In this document: in pieces, positions 63,834 through 64,000 of the stretch | How the letters are laid out: each line of letters starts with the position of its first letter | How positions within the stretch are numbered: the first letter of the stretch is position 1 | Translations under genes and position numbers: made by a program | Assembly (NCBI RefSeq): GCF_963921235.1 | Contig: NC_086099.1 | Location: 57,288,001-57,352,000 of the forward strand | DNA length: 64,000 nt | Reading direction: 5' to 3' | Source of the DNA: Mobula hypostoma | Lineage: Eukaryota | The notes under the pieces: model-generated | What the model was told of the DNA's origin: nothing | The model's input: the letters and a program-made list of their open reading frames with translations, nothing else | Database searches by the model: none

Positions 63834-63864
63834 GTATAAAGTATATTGCCCTGGATACTTGATA

Positions 63865-64000
63865 ACTGAAAATAAACTTAGAAATGATGATACTAGCATG
63901 GATAAAGTAGTGGCTGATTGGCAGAAGGCAAAAAGTGAGGATAAAGGGAGTCTTTTCTGGTTGGCTGCCGGTAACTAGTGTGTTCCACAGGAGTCTGTGT
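63865..64000 (+). mobile_element. CR1 RT fragment running off the window
   Basis: WLIGRRQKVRIKGVFSGWLPVTSGVPQ-like translation. Confidence 0.75.

Overview
Repeat-dominated eukaryotic genomic DNA. The repeat families (CR1 LINEs with (ATAGAAAC)n tails, Rex1/Babar, V-domain tRNA SINEs, Penelope terminal repeats) suggest a cartilaginous fish, probably a ray; this is an inference. I found no recognisable host protein-coding gene, so the window is probably a large intron or gene desert. Nearly every long ORF comes from a retroelement: a 5'-truncated Hero-like element (RT plus restriction-like endonuclease, 221-2645, minus), many CR1 copies including one with an uninterrupted APE+RT ORF2 (12361-15411, minus), Rex1/Babar fragments, R4/Dong remnants, a near full-length RTE with a 10-bp TSD (56257-59751, minus) and an L1-clade 3' end. 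Tigger, Tc1, mariner and hAT non-autonomous DNA elements, solo LTRs and a 406-nt assembly gap are also present. The most interesting signal is RNA structure. The Hero 3' UTR (235-350, minus) contains all hammerhead ribozyme core motifs (GUA, GAAAC, CUGAAGA) with pairing stems, but in a non-circularly permuted, pseudoknotted order. Minimal Penelope-type hammerheads, several fold-back insertions, a four-layer nested insertion, one candidate exon and several CNE-like unique islands are also reported. Boundaries of decayed repeats are approximate and all family names come from motif recognition, not database searches.
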